Assembly: GCF_006345805.1 (NCBI RefSeq)
Contig: NC_043006.1
Location: 8,308,001 to 8,372,000, forward strand
Reading direction: 5' to 3'
Origin: Octopus sinensis
Taxonomy: Eukaryota
Length of the DNA: 64,000 nucleotides
The notes under the pieces were generated by a model that saw only the letters and a list, made by a program, of their open reading frames with translations, searched no databases and was not told the DNA's origin. How positions within the stretch are numbered: the first letter of the stretch is position 1; each line of letters begins with the position of its first letter. Made by a program: the position numbers and the translations under genes. Below are positions 1-11,970 of this stretch, piece by piece.

Positions 1-280
1 TCACTGTTTTGTGTTTCAATAAATAAATGACCCTCCTGAAAAGTTTCTAAATTTCTGGAAAGCATCTTGTATATTTGTATCCAATCATAATATATGTAAC
101 AGAATAGATTGTGCGTATTCGATGCCCATTATGATTAGATCCTCACACTCCAACGTTCTTTTTTAGATGAAGTCGACTTTTCTGTTCTGTTTTACAAGAT
201 GAGATAAATACGAGCTATGTAAGAGGTAATTTGTGATGACAATAGCTTCAGACACAAGTATTATTAGTATTATTCTAACT

Positions 281-415
281 GATTCCCAATCAAGTGGTTT
301 AGGATGCAGTTCCACAGCGCAGCACCTTGGGCAAGTGATTTCTGCTTTAACCTTGGACCGACCAAAGCCTTGTGAGTAAGATTTTGTAGACGGAAACTGA
401 AAGAGGCCTGTCATA
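281..415 (+). mobile_element. SINE family A, degenerate 5' half (3' half displaced to about 1830-2010)
   Basis: Matches CACCTTGGGCAAGTG...GACCAAAGCCTTGTGAGT...GTAGACGGAAACTGAAAGA of the full copies at 14103 and 25030; followed by TA/GT/GA microsatellite. Confidence 0.8.
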
Positions 416-425
416 TATAAGTATC

Positions 426-457
<32 letters not shown>

Positions 458-603
458 GTGTGTGTGTGTGTATGTGTGTGTGTGTGGGGGGGGAGAGAGA
501 GAGAGAGTAAGAGAGAGAGAGTGTGTGAGTGTTTGTGTGTGTGTGAGTGATTGTGTGTGTGTGTGTGTGGATGGGTGTATGTGTGTGTATGTGAATCTAG
601 ATG

Positions 604-1757
604 TGTTAGTTAGTTAGTTAATTTTTGGCTCAAAAAGCAAAAAGCAAGGCCATGTAGGGGTACATGGAGTTATGTACAGGGTGGTGTTCATGTAAAGAGT
701 TCAGGCCACTTGTGGTCAAGGAAGACTTTGAACCGAGCGGTCGTCGGCATCTTCACTATCTCGTCCGGCAGCTTATTCCACGGTTCCGCAACCCGGACGG
801 AGAAAGCCCCTCTCCTTCGCAGATAGAGCTTTTCGGAGTGACCCCGCAGCCAACACTCTGGAGCAGGAGTGAAGAACAGCTCTTTCGAGAGTTTACACTT
901 TCCGCTTATGATGTTGTGAGCAAGAATGAGATCACCACGGCGTCGTCGTTTTTCTAGAGAATAAAGGTCGAGCGTTTTCAGCCTTTCTTCATAAGACAAA
1001 TTCTTGAGACCAAGAACCATGCAGGTAGCCAGCTTCTGGACTCTTTCGAGATACTGTATGTCTTTGAGGAGATAAGGAGAAGAGGCTTGAATCCCGTACT
1101 CCAATATGGGTCTCACCAGCGTGACCTAAAGCGGTAGGAATATGGCTGCTGTGAGCATTCCGAATGACCATCGAATCAAGAACAGAACTCCGCGTGCTTT
1201 GTTGGCAGCATGGACGCACTGGGCCGAAGGCGAAAAGGAGGAATCCACCAAGATACCCAGGTCCTTTACCTGGTCGGTCCTCTCCAGCAGCAGACGACCC
1301 GGCTCGAAATCAAGTTGAGTTGCAGGAGGAGAGCCAACAGGCAGATGACAGCACTTTGACACGTTCAGACACAGGTCCCATTCGTTAGACCATCTCCAAA
1401 TTTGGTGGAGGCATCGACGAAGACCTCTATAACACCGCGAGGTGCGACCAGTTTGACATCGTCTGCAAATAGAAGGGTGTGTTGCGTGAGGTCGTCGGGC
1501 AAGTCATTTATGAAGACTAAGAACAATAAGGGCCCAAGCACTGAAACTTGAGGCACGCCACTGCTCGCACTGGAGACGTCGGACAGCGAACCATTAACTT
1601 GGACTTGAAAGGAGCGATCTGAGAGGAAGGCACCAACCTATCGTACAATATCCGGATGGAAACTATATGCTTGAAGCTTGACAAGTAATAGGCGGTGGTT
1701 TACCGAGTCAAAAGCTTTGGCAAAGTCCAATAAAACGATGTCAACAGCATCACCATC
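604..1757 (-). mobile_element. 5'-truncated CR1-clade LINE; frameshifted ORF2 reverse transcriptase C-terminal half plus 3' UTR and (TAAC)n tail
   Basis: Minus-strand peptides LDFAKAFDSV, SGVPQVSVLGPLLFLVFINDLP, LFADDVKL, DLGILVDS, RPILEY, LERVQ, SYEERLKTLDLYSLEKRRRRGDLI, FSVRVAEPWNKLP; tail GAGCCAAAAATTAACTAACTAAC. Confidence 0.93.
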
Positions 1758-1829
1758 ATCGAGAATGCGCGTCACCAATTCTTCCATTAACAGTGTGTAC
1801 GTGTGTGAGTGGTTGTGTATGTGTGTGTG

Positions 1830-2010
1830 TTTGTGTCTGTGTTAGTCCCACCCCCACCGCTTGACAACAGGTGCTGTTGTGTTTACGGTCCCGTAATTTA
1901 GTGGTTCTGTGCAAAAGAGACCGATGGAATAAGTACCAGGCTTTTAAAAAACAAATACATTCGACTAAAAATTTTTTATATTGGTTTCCCAGCATGGCAG
2001 CTGAAAGACA
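1830..2010 (+). mobile_element. SINE family A, degenerate 3' half
   Basis: GCTTGACAAC...GTGTTTACG...CCCGTAATTTAG...AAAAGAGACCGATGGAATAAGTAC...CCAGCATGGC matches the 3' part of the 25030 copy. Confidence 0.75.
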
Positions 2011-2467
2011 AAAGGTAACGTAAAAACAAAAGATAATGCTGGATGGGTGGATGGGTGGATGGAGGAACTACAACTGTACCGAAACATGCATGACAGTTTT
2101 TAGTTAGGAACCTTCAGGGTCAGCATTTCAGCGTTATATTTCAGTGGGAAGGACATCAATCCCATGTCAGTAAGGACCAGAATATTCGCTCCACCTGCAT
2201 CCACACCTGTGATCTTGTTCCGATGTTAGAAAAGGAAGAGAAGTGGGGTAGTTGATGCAATTGATTATACCCAGTGCATATAAGAAACTTACTTTTAAAA
2301 ACCATGAAGATAATATTAATTATCCAGTAATTAATTTAAATTATTTTACATGTAAACCTTTACGATTTTAATGGAATTATTGAAAGACTCGGGTGATTGA
2401 ATCAGTGATATTTTTACCCATGGATCTTCTGGGGAAGCTCACTCGTATGTTCATTCATTTATCGTTC

Positions 2468-2802
2468 ATTCTTCTTCTTCTTCTTCTTCTTCTTCTTCTT
2501 CTTCTCTTCTTCTCTTCTTCTTCTTCTTCTTCTTCTTCTTCTTCTTTTCTTCTTCTTCTCTTCTTCTTCTTCTTCTTCTTCTTCTTCTTCTTCTTCTCCT
2601 CCTTCTTCTTCTGCTTCTCCTCCTCCTCCTCCTCCTTCTTCTTCTTCTTCTTCTTCTTTTTCTTCTTCTTCTACTGCTACTGCTGCTCTGCTGCTGCAGC
2701 TGAGGATGATGATCCTACTGCTGCTACTGCTATTACTACTATTTCTTCTTCTTACCATCAGCATCACAACCACCAAACCCGCTCTCCTCCTCCTCCTCCT
2801 CC

Positions 2803-2838
<36 letters not shown>

Positions 2839-2920
2839 CCATTCTTCTTATTATCATTATTAGTTGAATCATCATCGTCGTCATCGTTATCATCATCAAC
2901 AGCAACAAAAACAACAACAT
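2468..2920. repeat. Compound trinucleotide microsatellite (CTT/CTC/CTG/CAT/CAA)
   Basis: Directly visible. Confidence 0.95.
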
Positions 2921-3610
2921 TAGTAGAGTAAGTGTGACGACTGTTGTAAGGCAAATCTATGGTGGCGCTAAGAGAATTGAGCTACCGATCTAGGAAAAAC
3001 ATATATTACAATCTGATTTTTGCTCACTCGTCAACATCTGAGACGTTATCACCATATAGGAAAATCAATATGATCAATTATAGATTATTAATTTGGTCAG
3101 AACATATTGGCAGAACATAAAACGCAAAGTACAAAATAGTAAATGTGATGCTGACGTATATTTGCTAATACAATTTTTGAAGCAATTTTAAATGTATTCT
3201 AGATTACTTCTCAGCAATTTTCACTGGAGGCAGTGAATGAGTGTGGAAATGGTAATGAATATACATAATAAGCTATGTAAATTTATAAACAATTCTGTGT
3301 ATGAACTACATTAGATCAACTACCACGACATAGTGCTACAATCAATTGTTTGTTGGGCAAACAACACGTATAAGAAAACTGCTTATGGCTGCAGGGCTTA
3401 AAGTAATCACACTCCAGGCACAGAATAAAATAATACTCGAAAGATTACAGTTGCCATTAATTTAATCACACAGCATAACTTAGTGTGAGTGCGTATGCAT
3501 GTGTGTTCATATGTATCAGCATGGTCTGTGCGCACGCTTTTTGTATGTGTGCGTGTTTGTGTGTGTGCGTGTTTGTGTGTGTAGGTGTATCTTTTTCTCT
3601 GTGCCCAGAA

Positions 3611-3841
3611 GGCGGCGCGCTGGCAGAATTGTAAGTACGCCGGGCGAAATGCTTAGCGGTATTTCGTCTGCCGTTACGTTCTGAGTTCAAATTCCGCCGA
3701 GGTCGACTTTGCCTTTCATCCTTTCGGGGTCGATAAATTAAGTACCAGTCATGCACTGGGGTCGATGTAATCGGCTTAATCCGTTTGTTTGTCCTTGTTT
3801 GTCCCCTCTGTGTTTAGCCTTTTGTGGGTAGTAAAGAAATA
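3611..3841 (+). mobile_element. SINE family B monomer with about 20-bp TSD
   Basis: GGCGGCG...TGGCAGAA (A-box-like), GAGTTCAAATTCC (B-box-like); flanking GTATCTTTTT(T)CTCTGTGCCC at 3587-3606 and 3842-3862. Confidence 0.9.
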
Positions 3842-5530
3842 GTATCTTTTTTCTCTGTGCCCTGTAATTTTGTATGGCAATAGTTTATTGAAGTGAGATG
3901 TAAGTTGATATGCAGTTTCGACCCGGATTTTGAATTACGTTAATTAATAATGCAAAGCTCCTGAGAGGAACAGCGTCAAATATAATGAATTTACCTCCCG
4001 TCAAAAATTATTTAGTATTGTATCTCTGATCTACAATAAATTTGCGCCAAAGGTGAATTCTTCGAGAACTAACTGATATTAGTATTGTAATCAATATAGA
4101 TCAGGCATTTGTACTCTTATTAATATGAAGGAATACTTTAAGAGAAGTAACACAAGAAGGTAGAGACATATACAAAAGCATACACTTACACAGACAGAAA
4201 TGTGTACAATGTACGAAAAGAAAAAAGCCTTCCAAATTTGCCATTGTTGGCAAACGTTTTAACCAGGAAACACTAAATTTGTACCGATTCAAACAATGGT
4301 CGTAAAAGAATGCAAAACGTTGAAATATTATCTACACGGCTAAATATTACCCTCTGCGTAATTTCAGTAGTGCTACATCAATGCCGAGTAAAATATAAAA
4401 GAATACACCAGTTTTGGGAGCACAGGCTTTGCATGCTTATCTAAAACACTGTAAAAAGACACTTTCACGGCTGATCGTGGGGTGGCTTGTAGACATTATA
4501 AAGTTATACTTTAGAGAGAGATGAACTCTTTAAATTTATAGAATGCTTTTCTTGAACGTTTCTCAGCTAATACATAACCTATCTAGTTTGAACGTAGAAG
4601 ACCTTGTGTTTTTATCAATGTTCCACGTAGTGAAAATAAAGCGAGTAAGGTAATAGATAATATCTAGAAGAAACTCACTACAAGACCATTCCGTATAAAA
4701 GCAAGCATCTTTAAGAATATGCTTGTTCTCAAATGCCCATATGGATTAGTGTACACTTATGAATGTGAGGTAGTAATGCTTTCTCCCTAGCATTCTTTTC
4801 CTGTTGGAGTGGGAAAGAATGTTATATCAATATATAGACACACAATATTTCTCCAGTAACCAGCAAGCAGTGACTCGATAGAAGTCATATCGTTATTAGA
4901 TTCATTTCAATTATTCCGAAATGAACGACTGTGCGAAATAATCTTAGAAGGGCCAAGAGTAGGTCACGTTTGAACTGTTCATATAATTATCAATATCTGA
5001 TGCGTAGAAACATAATGAGCAAACTGCAACAGAACAACAGGTATAGAGCATAACGAAAATCTATCACTCTTGACAGAGTAAACAGTGAAAGGGTAGGAAC
5101 ACCCATCAAAATACTTTCACAAACGTATATAAGATGATAGAAAAATAATACATTCACACAAGCCTTCATTGCAAATTCTAAAATAGAATATGTGTATGTA
5201 TGCATACACACATGAGTTCCAGATTATCTTTGCAATTTCACCTGGTTATACTCGAGATTGCTCCAATCTGGCCAGCCCCAGGGACAAACTAAGCTAAGAG
5301 CACTAGATTCCTTGGAAGAAAGCAGCAAATGTATACGAAAACAAGGACAGAAAAAAACGGGGAGATGGTACATATATATATATGCATATATTGCTACAGG
5401 ACGTCACCAACAGTAAAGTACACGAAATACGAAAACAAATGAGTGAAATATGCAAACAATGAGAGAAAATGGAAAACAGAACACGTAATACAAAGAATAC
5501 AGAGAACGACCTTTAATCAGTTGTCGGCTG

Positions 5531-5638
<108 letters not shown>

Positions 5639-5670
5639 TATATATACATATAATATATCTATATTCAATA

Positions 5671-5880
5671 TGTGACCGCGTGTGTATCGTTGGCGACTTT
5701 TTTTCCTCCGTCTTCCCTTCTCTGGATCTTTCCTTTTCCTATGTTTCTGACGAGGAGCTCCGCTTGAAACGTTAAACCCTCCTTCTTTCTTTCCTTTCCT
5801 GAGCGTCCAATAACTCTATACTTGTTCCACGGCCTCGCGTTGTTGTGTTTTCTCTTTGTGTTTTCATGTTTGGATCAACT
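5671..5880 (+). mobile_element. Short HHR-bearing repeat family D, abutting (TA)n
   Basis: Closely similar to the reverse complement of 55695-55894 and related to 31600-31788 and 24765-24985. Confidence 0.8.
5743..5777 (+). ncRNA. Minimal type-I hammerhead ribozyme motif
   Basis: GUUU-CUGACGA-G-GAGC ucc GCUU-GAAA-CG-UU-AAAC; stem I GUUU/AAAC, palindromic ACGU stem III. Confidence 0.7.
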
Positions 5881-6399
5881 ATATATGTGTGTGTGTGTGC
5901 GTGTGTGTATGTGTGTGTGAGTGTGTGTGTATGTGTATGCGTGTGTGTATGTGTGTGTATGTATATACATATACATATATAGTTTAAAGATTATAAAAAG
6001 AAAAGCGTATTTCTTCTAGTGAGAAATAAATATTAATTTAGATACACAACCGAAAGAGCAACAGATAATTTCATGCTTTTATAATACTTGAACAGTCATA
6101 TTTACAAAATATGCCATGTATATTAAAGCAATCTTTCAGGCTCTATTTATGAGTTCTGCATATTTTAAAAGCAAGGACGCTGGACAGTAAGAAGATAAGA
6201 AAAAGCGTGAAAAAGAAACGTGACGAAGTTGGTGAAAAAGTGAAAGTAGAAAAAAAGAACGACATCAAGAAAACTCTGATCCTCAACCTCCCTGGTTGAA
6301 GAAAGCTCATTAAATGCAACTGGTGCAGAACAAAATAACAGAAAACATGTCAAAGTCAGTGAGACAGCAACTCTGTCCGCATCGGGTGCTGTCCTCTAA

Positions 6400-6710
6400 T
6401 CCAATAAAGGAAACCCCTCCTTGTCTCTACACCTGCTAAACTTTCAGATCTCGAATTAAGCAGTGTGTTGGAATTGCTGGATCTAAGATGAATATGAGAT
6501 CTTCTGCTACACATAAGTTGCATTTCTTAGAGCCATTACCATATGACATGGATTTCCCCCCTATTCTCCGCTTAACTGTATGTGGTGTGGAGCTGCTCTT
6601 CAAATTCCTTAAGTGGCGAGCCAACTTAGTTGCATTACACTTATTTATGAACCGTCCCTTGATATTGCCCTCAAATAAACCTATGTAACTCTTTTCAATT
6701 GATTTCTCTT
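6400..6710 (-). pseudogene. Penelope-like element GIY-YIG endonuclease C-terminal remnant
   Basis: KSYIG...KGRF...NATKLARHL.NLK...SKKCNLCVAE..IF..D in ORF 6436-6861, then SRCRD; matches the YIG, ST.L..H.W.LK and CxLC..E pattern of PLE endonucleases. Confidence 0.75.
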
Positions 6711-6789
6711 GGAGCGCAGCTGTAACTTCAGCCTGCAGCCTCATATTGGTCAAGAACTTTGTGTTTAGAAGAGAAATAGGGTGCGTTTT

Positions 6790-7320
6790 GCATGCTGCTA
6801 CACGGTGATGGGCAGGATATAAATTCCATCTGAGTTCACTACTTGTAGAGGGAGTATCCAACTCATTAAAGTCTTATTGTAAGTCTCCAGGAAGTACATA
6901 AAGCCAGTCGTAATGCCTGTTGGTAACAACCTACATGGTGAAGATCTTCTCGTCAGACCAGATCAACATTCAGCTGACATGGTTTTACACCTGCCGGGCC
7001 GTTTCTTCTTAGAATCTGCCGAAATTATCTGCCGGGATTGTTTCTTGTATGTAGTTAACTTTAAATCCTCTTTGAAAATCCTATGCATTGACGATTTTGA
7101 AATTTCTGAAACGTTTGCAGTTTTTCTTGCACTTCTGCAGGGATTTCGGTTCATTCACTGCTTCAAAACTTCAAAATTTTGCTTGGTACGAATTGCTCGT
7201 TTCTTACCAGGAATTGGCTCGCTGGTTTCAAAGCGAAAACCTGGTCACGTTTTGCCTTCAACGCCATGTTTGTTTGCAGACCTGTTGCAGACGAAACAAA
7301 CAATAGACTCATGAACAAAA
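6790..7320 (-). pseudogene. Tc1/mariner transposase remnant (HTH to first catalytic Asp)
   Basis: RNPCRSARKTA...ISKSSMHRIFKEDLKLTTYKKQSRQ...KKKR; in another frame WSDEKIFT. Confidence 0.8.
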
Positions 7321-7536
7321 GACATATGCAAATCTCTATGTAAAATGTTGATAATATTACCTGAACCGATATTCTTTAGGAAGAGTTTTAAATATGAGTA
7401 AATGTTTCTCAGACTGGTTGTATAGCTCGACTTTTAATCCCAGCACAGCTGAAGCAAATGTTTAGATAATTCATTATCCGTATTCGAAAATATAATGAAT
7501 ATATATATTATATATATATATAATATATATATATAT

Positions 7537-7576
<40 letters not shown>

Positions 7577-7585
7577 ATATGTATG

Positions 7586-7635
<50 letters not shown>

Positions 7636-8499
7636 ATGGGGATATTTAAAACTCTTTAAGATATTCCTCCAAGATACACTGGTTTAATATATTAAATATT
7701 AAAGAGTTGATACTTCAATTACAATATCATATAGAATATCGTAAAATATCAAACATTTTAATCGAATTAGAAAACAGAAGAATGTAATTGATACAAATTA
7801 ATTCATTAATTAATCAACGTATTCACCAACGATTGTTACATTTCACAAACAAAATTAAAATTGCAAAATATATATAAATATATAATTTTTTATTTTAAAT
7901 ATCTTATAAAGAAAATCATCAGGGTGTTCAGGGGACAATATTGATTACATTAGGTTACATATGGAATACACAGAATATACATACAAGCTTAATATGTGTA
8001 CATGTATACATGTGTGTGTGTGCGTGTACGCATCTCTTAAAATTATTCATTTTATTTCAATTCAATAAAAATCACCATCATCATCATCATGAATGGTGGG
8101 TTATGTTATGTACGCAGAAGGTAATATATTGAATAAAATAAAGTAACGTAAAATAAAAACAAAATTTATGCTTATGGAATAAATTAAAGTGGAAGTGAAA
8201 CAAACTTCATACGTTTGTGCGTGTGTGTTGTATATACAACACGAACATCTTCACAAGTATATATATGTATATATATATATATATAATATATATATTATTA
8301 TATATTATATATATACATATATACATATATATACATATATATATGTGTGTGTGTGTGTGGTGTGTGTGTGTGTTGTGTTGTATACAAACTCATACACACA
8401 CACACACGCAACAAGTACAGATGTCAATATGTATGTGCATTGATGTATATGTTCCTTTCCAATTTACTTCTTTAGGTATATAGATTAATTTATATATAC

Positions 8500-8613
8500 G
8501 AGTAGAAATAAAATAAAATGGAAGTAAATAAAATAGAATGTACGAAGGTGAAATAAACTATAATAAATCCATGTACCCATGTTCATGCGTGTATAGGTGT
8601 GCGTGTGTGTGTG

Positions 8614-8668
<55 letters not shown>

Positions 8669-8930
8669 GCACAAGTATGGATGCCTTTGTTTATGTATTA
8701 TTGTGCGGCGCGCGTGTTTATATATACTTGTACATATGTGTGTCTGTGTGTCCTCTTCCTAAGTTATTATATTGGTTCTCATGTATGTGTTCATCTTGGT
8801 GAGAGGTTAATTAATTATATAACATTTGTATTTAGATACAAAAGTATGTTTAATACTTTTGCGATCGTGTATGTTCATGTTTCCATGTTTATATACACAT
8901 GGATGCATGTGTATGGTATATATTATGTAT
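8500..8930 (+). repeat. Unclassified AT-rich dispersed repeat; inverted homologue at 18500-19335
   Basis: Shared blocks AATAGAATGTACGAAG, GAGAGGTTAATTAATTATATA, CGATCGTGTATGTTCATGTTTC, ACACATGGATGCATGTGTAT. Confidence 0.75.
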
Positions 8931-9309
8931 TTTTATATCCCATCCCACCCCCACCTCATCCTTTAGACCCCCACCCTTGTTTCCCTCACTCCGCCTCCGC
9001 CACACCCCAAAACCATCACACCACACCACACACAAACACACCACCACACCACACACCACCACACTACACACCACATACCCCAACACTACACCACCACACC
9101 ACACATCACTATACCACTCCGCACCACATCACACCACCCCGCACAGTAGCACTGACCACTCCCTACCACCTACACCATCATCCACACACCTACACATGCA
9201 CACACGCACACGTCAATGTCACTAGCCCCCATCCACACGCACATACGCGCTCTCACATACACAATCACGTGCACCTTCGTTTTAGGATCCCCACTACTAT
9301 ATTATCTTT

Positions 9310-9490
9310 CCTGTGTGACCCCTCTGTCCGGCAATTGCAATGACAGATCGCTAGCCTCTATACCTTTTTCTATTTTCTCTCCCTATTTATTTCTGTGAAG
9401 AGCTAGGCTCGAAACGTCAAAGACTTTCTCACTTCCCAAGCGTTAAACAAATTCATCTGTATGTTGTTTACAGAACCGTCTCCGTCTTAT
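9310..9490 (+). mobile_element. Family-D-related repeat with degenerate HHR
   Basis: CTGTGAAGAGCTAGGCTCGAAACGTCAAAGAC at about 9393-9424. Confidence 0.55.
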
Positions 9491-9509
9491 TTTTTTTTTT
9501 TTTTTTAGT

Positions 9510-9780
9510 AAATTCTTAGCAGTATTTCGGGCGAAATTCTTAGCAGTATTTCGGGCGAAATTCTTAGCAGTATTTCGTCTGCCGTAACGTTCTGATTTCA
9601 AATTCCGCCGAGGTCGACTTTGCCTTTCATCCTTTCGGGGTCGATTAAATAAGTATCACTTACGCACTGGAGTCGATGCAATCGTCTTAATCCGTTTGTC
9701 TGTCCTTGTTTGTCCTCTCTGTGTTTAGCTCCTTGTGGGTAGTAAAGAAATAGGTGTTTCGTCTGTCTTTACGTTCTCAG
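9510..9780 (+). mobile_element. SINE family B with 24-bp head triplication and the start of a second unit
   Basis: AAATTCTTAGCAGTATTTCGGGCG about x3 (9510-9577), then family B body; junction GAAATA|GGTGTTTCGTC near 9752. Confidence 0.85.
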
Positions 9781-9939
9781 TCAAAACTACTAAAATGAAT
9801 AAACACATCTTACCGAAAGCAACTCTCGAAGTAAGTCATTTAAAAACAGGCAGTTCTCTATGTAAGAGATGAGGAATTAGGTACATCATTTTCATTATTT
9901 ACAATTTACGGATATTTGTCCTCATCTTGTTTTTTGTTA

Positions 9940-9983
9940 ACACAGCGTTTTGGCTGATATGCCCTCCAGCCTTCATCAGGTGT
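9940..9983 (-). ncRNA. Hammerhead motif in SINE E tail (mutated: GAAA to AAAA, U16.1 to C)
   Basis: ACAC-CUGAUGA-A-GGCUG gagggcauau CAGCC-AAAA-CG-CU-GUGU. Confidence 0.6.
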
Positions 9984-10058
9984 CTTGGGGAAATTTTGAA
10001 TTTGAGTTCTCATTCCTAAGGTATTTTTCGATGTTGCTGTTGTTTGTTGTTTGTTGTG

Positions 10059-11387
10059 TTCTTCTTCTTCTTTTCTATTCTTTTCCTCTCTTCTTCCTTC
10101 TTCCTTCTTCTCTTCTCTTTTTTTCTCCTTCTTCTTCTTCTCCTTCCTTCTTCTTCTCCTTCTTCTCCTCTTCTTCTTCTTCCTTGTCCTTTTCTTCTTC
10201 TTCTCTTGCTTTGGGCCTGTCTTCTCTCTTCTTCTCCTTCTTCTTCTTCTTCTTCTTCTTCTTCTTCTTCTGTCTCCTCCTTCTCCTTCTTCTTCTTCTT
10301 TTCTTTTCTTCCTTCTTCTCTTCTCTCCTTCTTCTTTCTTCTTCTTCTTCTTCTTTCTTCTTCGTCTTCTTCTTCTTTCTTCTCTCTTCTATGCTCATTC
10401 TCTTCTTCTTTCCCCTTCTTCTTCTTCTTGCTTCCACCTTTTTCTTCTTCTGTCTCTTCTTCTTTTCTTCTCGTCTTCTTCTTCTCTTTCTCCTCTTCTC
10501 TCCTTCTTCTTCTCCTTCTTCTTTCTTCTTCTTCTTCTCCTTTCTCTTTCCTTCTTTTCTTCCTTCTCTTCTTCTTCTCCTTCTTTCTCTCCTTCTTTTC
10601 TTCTCTTCTTCTTTCCTCTTCTTCTCATGTGGTTCTGTTCCTTCTTCTTGTTCTTTCTTTCTTCTTCTTCTTCTCTTCTTCTCCTTCTTCTTCTTCCTTC
10701 TTCTTTCTTCTTTCCTTCTTCTTCTTCTTCTTCTTTCTTTTTTTTCTTTCTTTTTCTTCCTTCTTTTCTTCTTCTTCCTTTCTTCTTCCCTTCTTCTTCT
10801 CTTCTTCTCTTCTTCTTCTTCTTATTCTTTCTTCTTCTCCTTCTTCTTCTCTCCTTCCTCTTCTCTTCTTCTTCTCTTCTTCTTCTTTTTCTTCTTCTTT
10901 TCTTCTTTCTTTCTTCTCTTCTTCTCCTTCTTCTTCCGCTTTCCTTCCTCTCCCCCCTGTTCTTCCTCCTTCCGGCCTTCTTCTCCTCCTCCTTCTTCTT
11001 CTTTTTCTTCTTCTCTTTTTACTTCTCTTCTTTCTTCTTCTTCTTTTTCTTCTTCTTTCTCTCTCTTCTTTCTTCTTTCCTTCTTCTTCTTCTTTTCTTC
11101 TCCTTTTTTTGCTCTTTTCGTTCTTCTTCCTCTTTCTTCTTTCTTCTCTTCTCCTTCCTCTTCTTCTTCTTCTGTTCTTCTATCTTCTTCCCTTCTTTTC
11201 TTCTTCTTCCTCTTCTTCTCCTTCTTCTCCTTCTTCTCTTCTTTCTCTTCTCCTTTCTCCTTCTTCTCTTCTCTTATATTATTATTACTTACTACTATTA
11301 TTATTACTATTATTACTATTATTATTATTATTACTATTATTATTATATTTATTATTATTATTACTATTATTATTATTATTATTATTA

Positions 11388-11422
<35 letters not shown>

Positions 11423-11444
11423 ATTATTATTATTATTATTATTA
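10059..11444. repeat. About 1.2 kb degenerate (CTT)n polypyrimidine tract followed by (ATT)n
   Basis: Directly visible. Confidence 0.97.
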
Positions 11445-11495
11445 TGAAGGTCACTGCCTGGAATCGAATTCGGAATCTTGGCGTTAGTAACCCTC

Positions 11496-11566
11496 GGGCA
11501 TATGGCGTAGTAGTTAAAAGCGCGGGCTACTAACTCCAAGATTCCGAGATCGATTCCAGGCAGTGG

Positions 11567-11646
<80 letters not shown>

Positions 11647-11787
11647 GCATCGAAAAATACCTTAGGAATGAGAACCCAGGTTTCAAATTTCCCCAAGACA
11701 CCTGATGAGAGCTGGAGGTATATCAGCCGCAACGTTGTGTTAACAACAATCAAAATGAGGACAAATATCCGTCAAATGTAAATAATA

Positions 11788-11788
<1 letters not shown>
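11496..11788 (+). mobile_element. SINE family E full copy: tRNA-like head, (AAT)n, HHR tail
   Basis: GGGCATATGGCGTAGTAGTTAA (A box), GAGATCGATTCC (B-box-like), (AAT)n 11571-11645, tail with hammerhead. Confidence 0.8.
11698..11740 (+). ncRNA. Hammerhead motif in SINE E tail (GAAA mutated to GCAA)
   Basis: ACAC-CUGAUGA-GA-GCUG gagguauau CAGC-C-GCAA-CG-UU-GUGU. Confidence 0.6.
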
Positions 11789-11822
<34 letters not shown>

Positions 11823-11889
11823 GAAGGAAATACAAAAATAGAGATAATTAGATTAATAATTATTCATTAATTACAAAATTCATCATCAT

Positions 11890-11970
11890 CTCTGACAGCT
11901 GTTTCGATTCAAGTCTTTAGAAATTAATTAGTATAATTCAAAACATTTTACAGTTGAATCTCATCAGAGG
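11890..11970 (-). ncRNA. Type-I hammerhead motif with intact core
   Basis: cCU-CUGAUGA-GAUUCAA...UUGAAUC-GAAA-CAGCUG-UC-AG; 7-bp stem II, self-complementary ACAGCUGU stem III, GUC site; stem I only 2 bp. Confidence 0.7.

Larger units (their letters stand above)
9895..11493 (-). mobile_element. SINE family E (tRNA head, trinucleotide tract, HHR tail): 5'-truncated copy with a greatly expanded internal tract
   Basis: 11449-11493 is the reverse complement of the head at 11524-11568; 9895-10035 is the reverse complement of the tail at 11646-11788. Confidence 0.8.

Noticed and set aside
7820-7930. Further hammerhead-like traces (also near 5515, 6380, 16380, 16880, 22740)
   Set aside because: Only half of the core or no credible stems; indistinguishable from chance in AT-rich DNA
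9950-11533. ORFs of 459-527 aa, and similar ORFs at 2393, 8597, 32908, 35914, 42344 and 47337
   Set aside because: Stop-free translations of CTT, ATT, TATG or CAC microsatellites with no protein-like complexity
11496-11570. Functional tRNA gene (also heads at 38283, 43495, 56875)
   Set aside because: Acceptor stem and cloverleaf are imperfect, and each head is joined to a repeated SINE body
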